From assembly GCF_963921235.1 (NCBI RefSeq), contig NC_086108.1, positions 94,924,001 to 94,988,000 on the forward strand: a stretch of DNA of 64,000 nt, read 5' to 3'. The notes beneath the pieces are model-generated. The model was not told the origin of the DNA, ran no database searches, and saw only the letters and a list, made by a program, of their open reading frames with translations. Positions 61,160 to 64,000 of this stretch are shown one piece after another. A program made the position numbers and the translations under genes. The DNA is from Mobula hypostoma (taxonomy: Eukaryota). How positions within the stretch are numbered: position 1 is the first letter of the stretch; each line of letters opens with the position of its first letter.

Positions 61160-64000
61160 TGTGTTCGATGCACATACTGCATGAGCCAAGCCTCCCGGAC
61201 GTCTATATCTGCGCCAAGTGCATCGAGATGCAGCTCCTAAGGGACCGCGTTACGGAACTGGAGCTGCAGCTCGATGACCTTCATCTGGTCAGGGAGAGTG
61301 AGGAGGTGATAGAGAAGAGTTGCAGGTAGGTGGTCACGCCGGGGCCACGGGAGGCAGACAAGTGGGTCACGGTTAGGAGGGGGAAAGGGAAAAGTCAGGT
61401 AACAGGGAGTACCCCGGTGGCTGTGCCCCTTAACAACAGGTACTCCTGTTTGAGTACTGTTGGGGGGGACAGCTTACCCGGGGGAAGCGACAGTGGCCGT
61501 GCCTCCAGAGTCTGGCCCTGTAGCTCAGGAGGGTAGGGCAAGGAAGAGGAGGGCAGTTGTGATAGGGGACTCGATAGTAATGGGGTCAGATAGGCGATTC
61601 TGTGGACGCAGTCCAGAGACCCGGATGGTAGTTTGCCTCCCTGGTGCCAGGGTCCGGGATATTTCTGATCGTGTCCAAGATATCCTGAAGTGGGAGGGTG
61701 AGGAGCCAGAGGTCGTGGTACATATAGGTACCAATGACATGGGTAGGAAAAGGGATGAGGTCCTGAAAGGAGAATATAGGGAGCTAGGAAGGGAGTTGAG
61801 AAAAAGGACCACAAAGGTAGTAATCTCGGGATTACTGCCTGTGCCACGCGACAGTGAGAGTAGGAATGTGATGAGGTGGAGGATAAATGCGTGGCTGAGG
61901 GGTTAGAGCAGGGGGCAGGGATTCAAGTTTTTGGATCATTGGGACCTCTTTTGGCGCAGGCGTGACCTGTACAAAAAGGACGGGTTATACTTGAATCCTA
62001 GGGGGACCAATATCCTGGCAGGGAGATTAGCAGGGGCTACTGAGTGACTTTAAACTAGAATGGTTGGGGGGTGGGAATCAAATTAAAGAGGCTAGGCGTG
62101 AGGAGGTTTGTTCACAACAGAGGGATGGGAACCAGTGCAGAGAGACAGAGGGGTGTAAAGTGAGGGTAGAAACAAAAAGTACAAAGGAGAAAAGTAAAAG
62201 TGGCAGGCCGACAAATCCAGGGCAAGCATTAAAAAGGGCCACTTTTCAACATAATTGTATAAGGGCTAAGAGAGTTGTAAAAGAGCGCCTGAAGGCTTTA
62301 TGTGTCAATGCAAGGAGCGTTCGTAATAAGGTGGATGAATTGAAAGTGCAGATTGTTATTAATGATTATGATATAGTTGGGATCACAGAGACATGGCTCC
62401 AGGGTGACCAGGGATGGGAGCTCAACGTTCAGGGATATTCAATATTCAGGAGGGACAGACATGAAGGAAGGGGAGGTGGGGTGGCGTTGCTGGTTAAAGA
62501 AGAGATTAACGCAATAGAAAGGAAGGACATAAGCCGGGAAGATGTGGAATCGATATGGGTAGAGCTGCGTAACACTAAGGGGCAGAAGACGCTGGTGGGA
62601 GTTGTGTACAGGCCACCTAACAGTAGTAGTGAGGTCGGAGATGGTATTAAACAGGAAATTAGAAATGTGTGCAATAAAGCAACAGCAGTTATAATGGGTG
62701 ACTTCAATCTACATGTAGATTGGGTGAACCAAATTGGTAAAGGTGCTGAGTAAGAGGATTTCTTGGAATGTATGCGGGATGGTTTTTTGAACCAACATGT
62801 CGAGGAACCAACTAGAGAGCAGGCTATTCTGGACTGGGTTTTGAGCAATGAGGAAGGGTTAATTAGCGATCTTGTCGTGAGAGGCCCTTTGGGTAAGAGT
62901 GACCATAATATGGTGGAATTCTTCATTAAGATGGAGAGTGACATAGTTAATTCAGAAACAAAGGTTCTGAACTTAAAGAGGGGTAACTTTGAAGGTATGA
63001 GACATGAATTAGCTAAGATAAACTGGCAAATGACACTTAAAGGATTGACGGTGGATATGCAATGGCAAGCATTTAAAGGTTGCATGGATGAGCTACAACA
63101 ATTGTTCATCCCAGTTTGGCAAAAGAATAAATCAAGGAAGGTAGTGCACCCGTGGCTGACAAGAGAAATTAGGGATAGTATCAATTCCAAAGAAGAAGCA
63201 TACAAATTAGCCAGAGAAAGTGGCTCACCTGAGGACTGGGAGAAATTCAGAGTTCAGCAGAGGAGGACAAAGGGCTTAATTAGGAAGGGGAAAAAAGATT
63301 ATGAGAGAAAATTGGCAGGGAACATAAAAATGGACTGTAAAAGCTTTTATAGATATGTAAAACGGAAAAGACTGGTAAAGACAAATGTAGGTCCCCTGCA
63401 GACAGAAACAGGTGAATTGATTATGGGGAGCAAGGACATGGCAGACCAATTGAGTAATTACTTTGGTTCTGTCTTCACTAAGGAGGACATAAATAATCTT
63501 CCAGAAATAGTAGGGGACAGAGTGTCCAGTGAGATGGAGGAACTGAGCGAAATACATGTTAGTTGGGAAGTGGTGTTAGGTAAATTGAAGGGATTGAAGG
63601 CAGATAAATCCCCAGGGCCAGATGGTCTGCATCCTAGAGTGCTTAAGGAAGTAGCCCAAGAAATAGTGGATGCATTAGTGATAATTTTTTCAAAACTCGT
63701 TAGATTCTGGACTCGTTCCTGAGGATTGGAGGGTGGCTAATGTAACTCCACTTTTTAAAAAAGGAGGGAGAGAGAAACCGGAGAATTATAGACCGGTTAG
63801 CCTAACGTCGGTGGTGGGGAAACTGCTGGAGTCAGTGATCAAGGATGTGATAACAGCACATTTGGAAAGCGGTGAAATGATCGGACAAAGTTAGCATGGA
63901 TTTGTGAAAGGAAAATCATGTCTGACGAATCTCATAGAATTTTTTGAGGATGTAACCAGTAGAGTGGATAGGGGAGAACCAGTGGATGTGGTATATTTGG
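61160..64000 (+). mobile_element. Young near full-length CR1 LINE (ORF1 zinc finger/leucine zipper + SGNH esterase; ORF2 APE + RT), runs off the window
   Basis: CAKCIEMQLLRDRVTELELQL, VIGDSIV, HIGTND, NARSVRNK, GITETWL, VVYRPP, MGDFN, SDHN, SPGPDGLHP; inactivated by stops (~61327, 62751, 63891) and frameshifts (~61510, ~63690). Confidence 0.95.

Noticed and set aside
62429..63205. 258-aa antisense ORF and similar antisense ORFs over CR1/Rex1 copies
   Set aside because: Antisense shadows of LINE ORF2 with no recognisable domain.

Overview
Vertebrate genomic DNA, very probably from a cartilaginous fish (ray or shark). This is inferred from the repeat set: CR1 LINEs, V-SINE/Deu-SINE remnants, Rex1-like LINEs and Neptune-type Penelope elements. 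Two host genes start head-to-head about 16.8 kb apart. MTF2 (Polycomb-like 2) has coding exons 1-2 on the minus strand (2416-2420, 1045-1243). DIPK1A/FAM69A has coding exons 1-2 on the plus strand (19204-19269, 47414-47548); I found no exon 3, so the rest of the window is presumably intron 2. Most of the remaining sequence is a heavily nested transposon mosaic. Notable elements: (1) a very young Penelope-like element with an uninterrupted 1042-aa RT/GIY-YIG ORF, an RT catalytic YIDD>YIDN change, three tandem minimal hammerhead ribozymes and a 9-bp TSD; (2) a sequence-identical ~135-nt hammerhead-bearing mini-insertion about 52 kb away; (3) a deleted AcademX-like (XPG+CXC) DNA transposon; (4) a Gypsy remnant with no integrase after RNase H (Gmr1-like); (5) a near full-length AT-rich RTE; (6) a Tc1 with long TIRs; (7) five solo LTRs; (8) two young, inverted CR1 copies. 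Family names come from motif recognition, not database searches, and TE boundaries are approximate unless a TSD is quoted.
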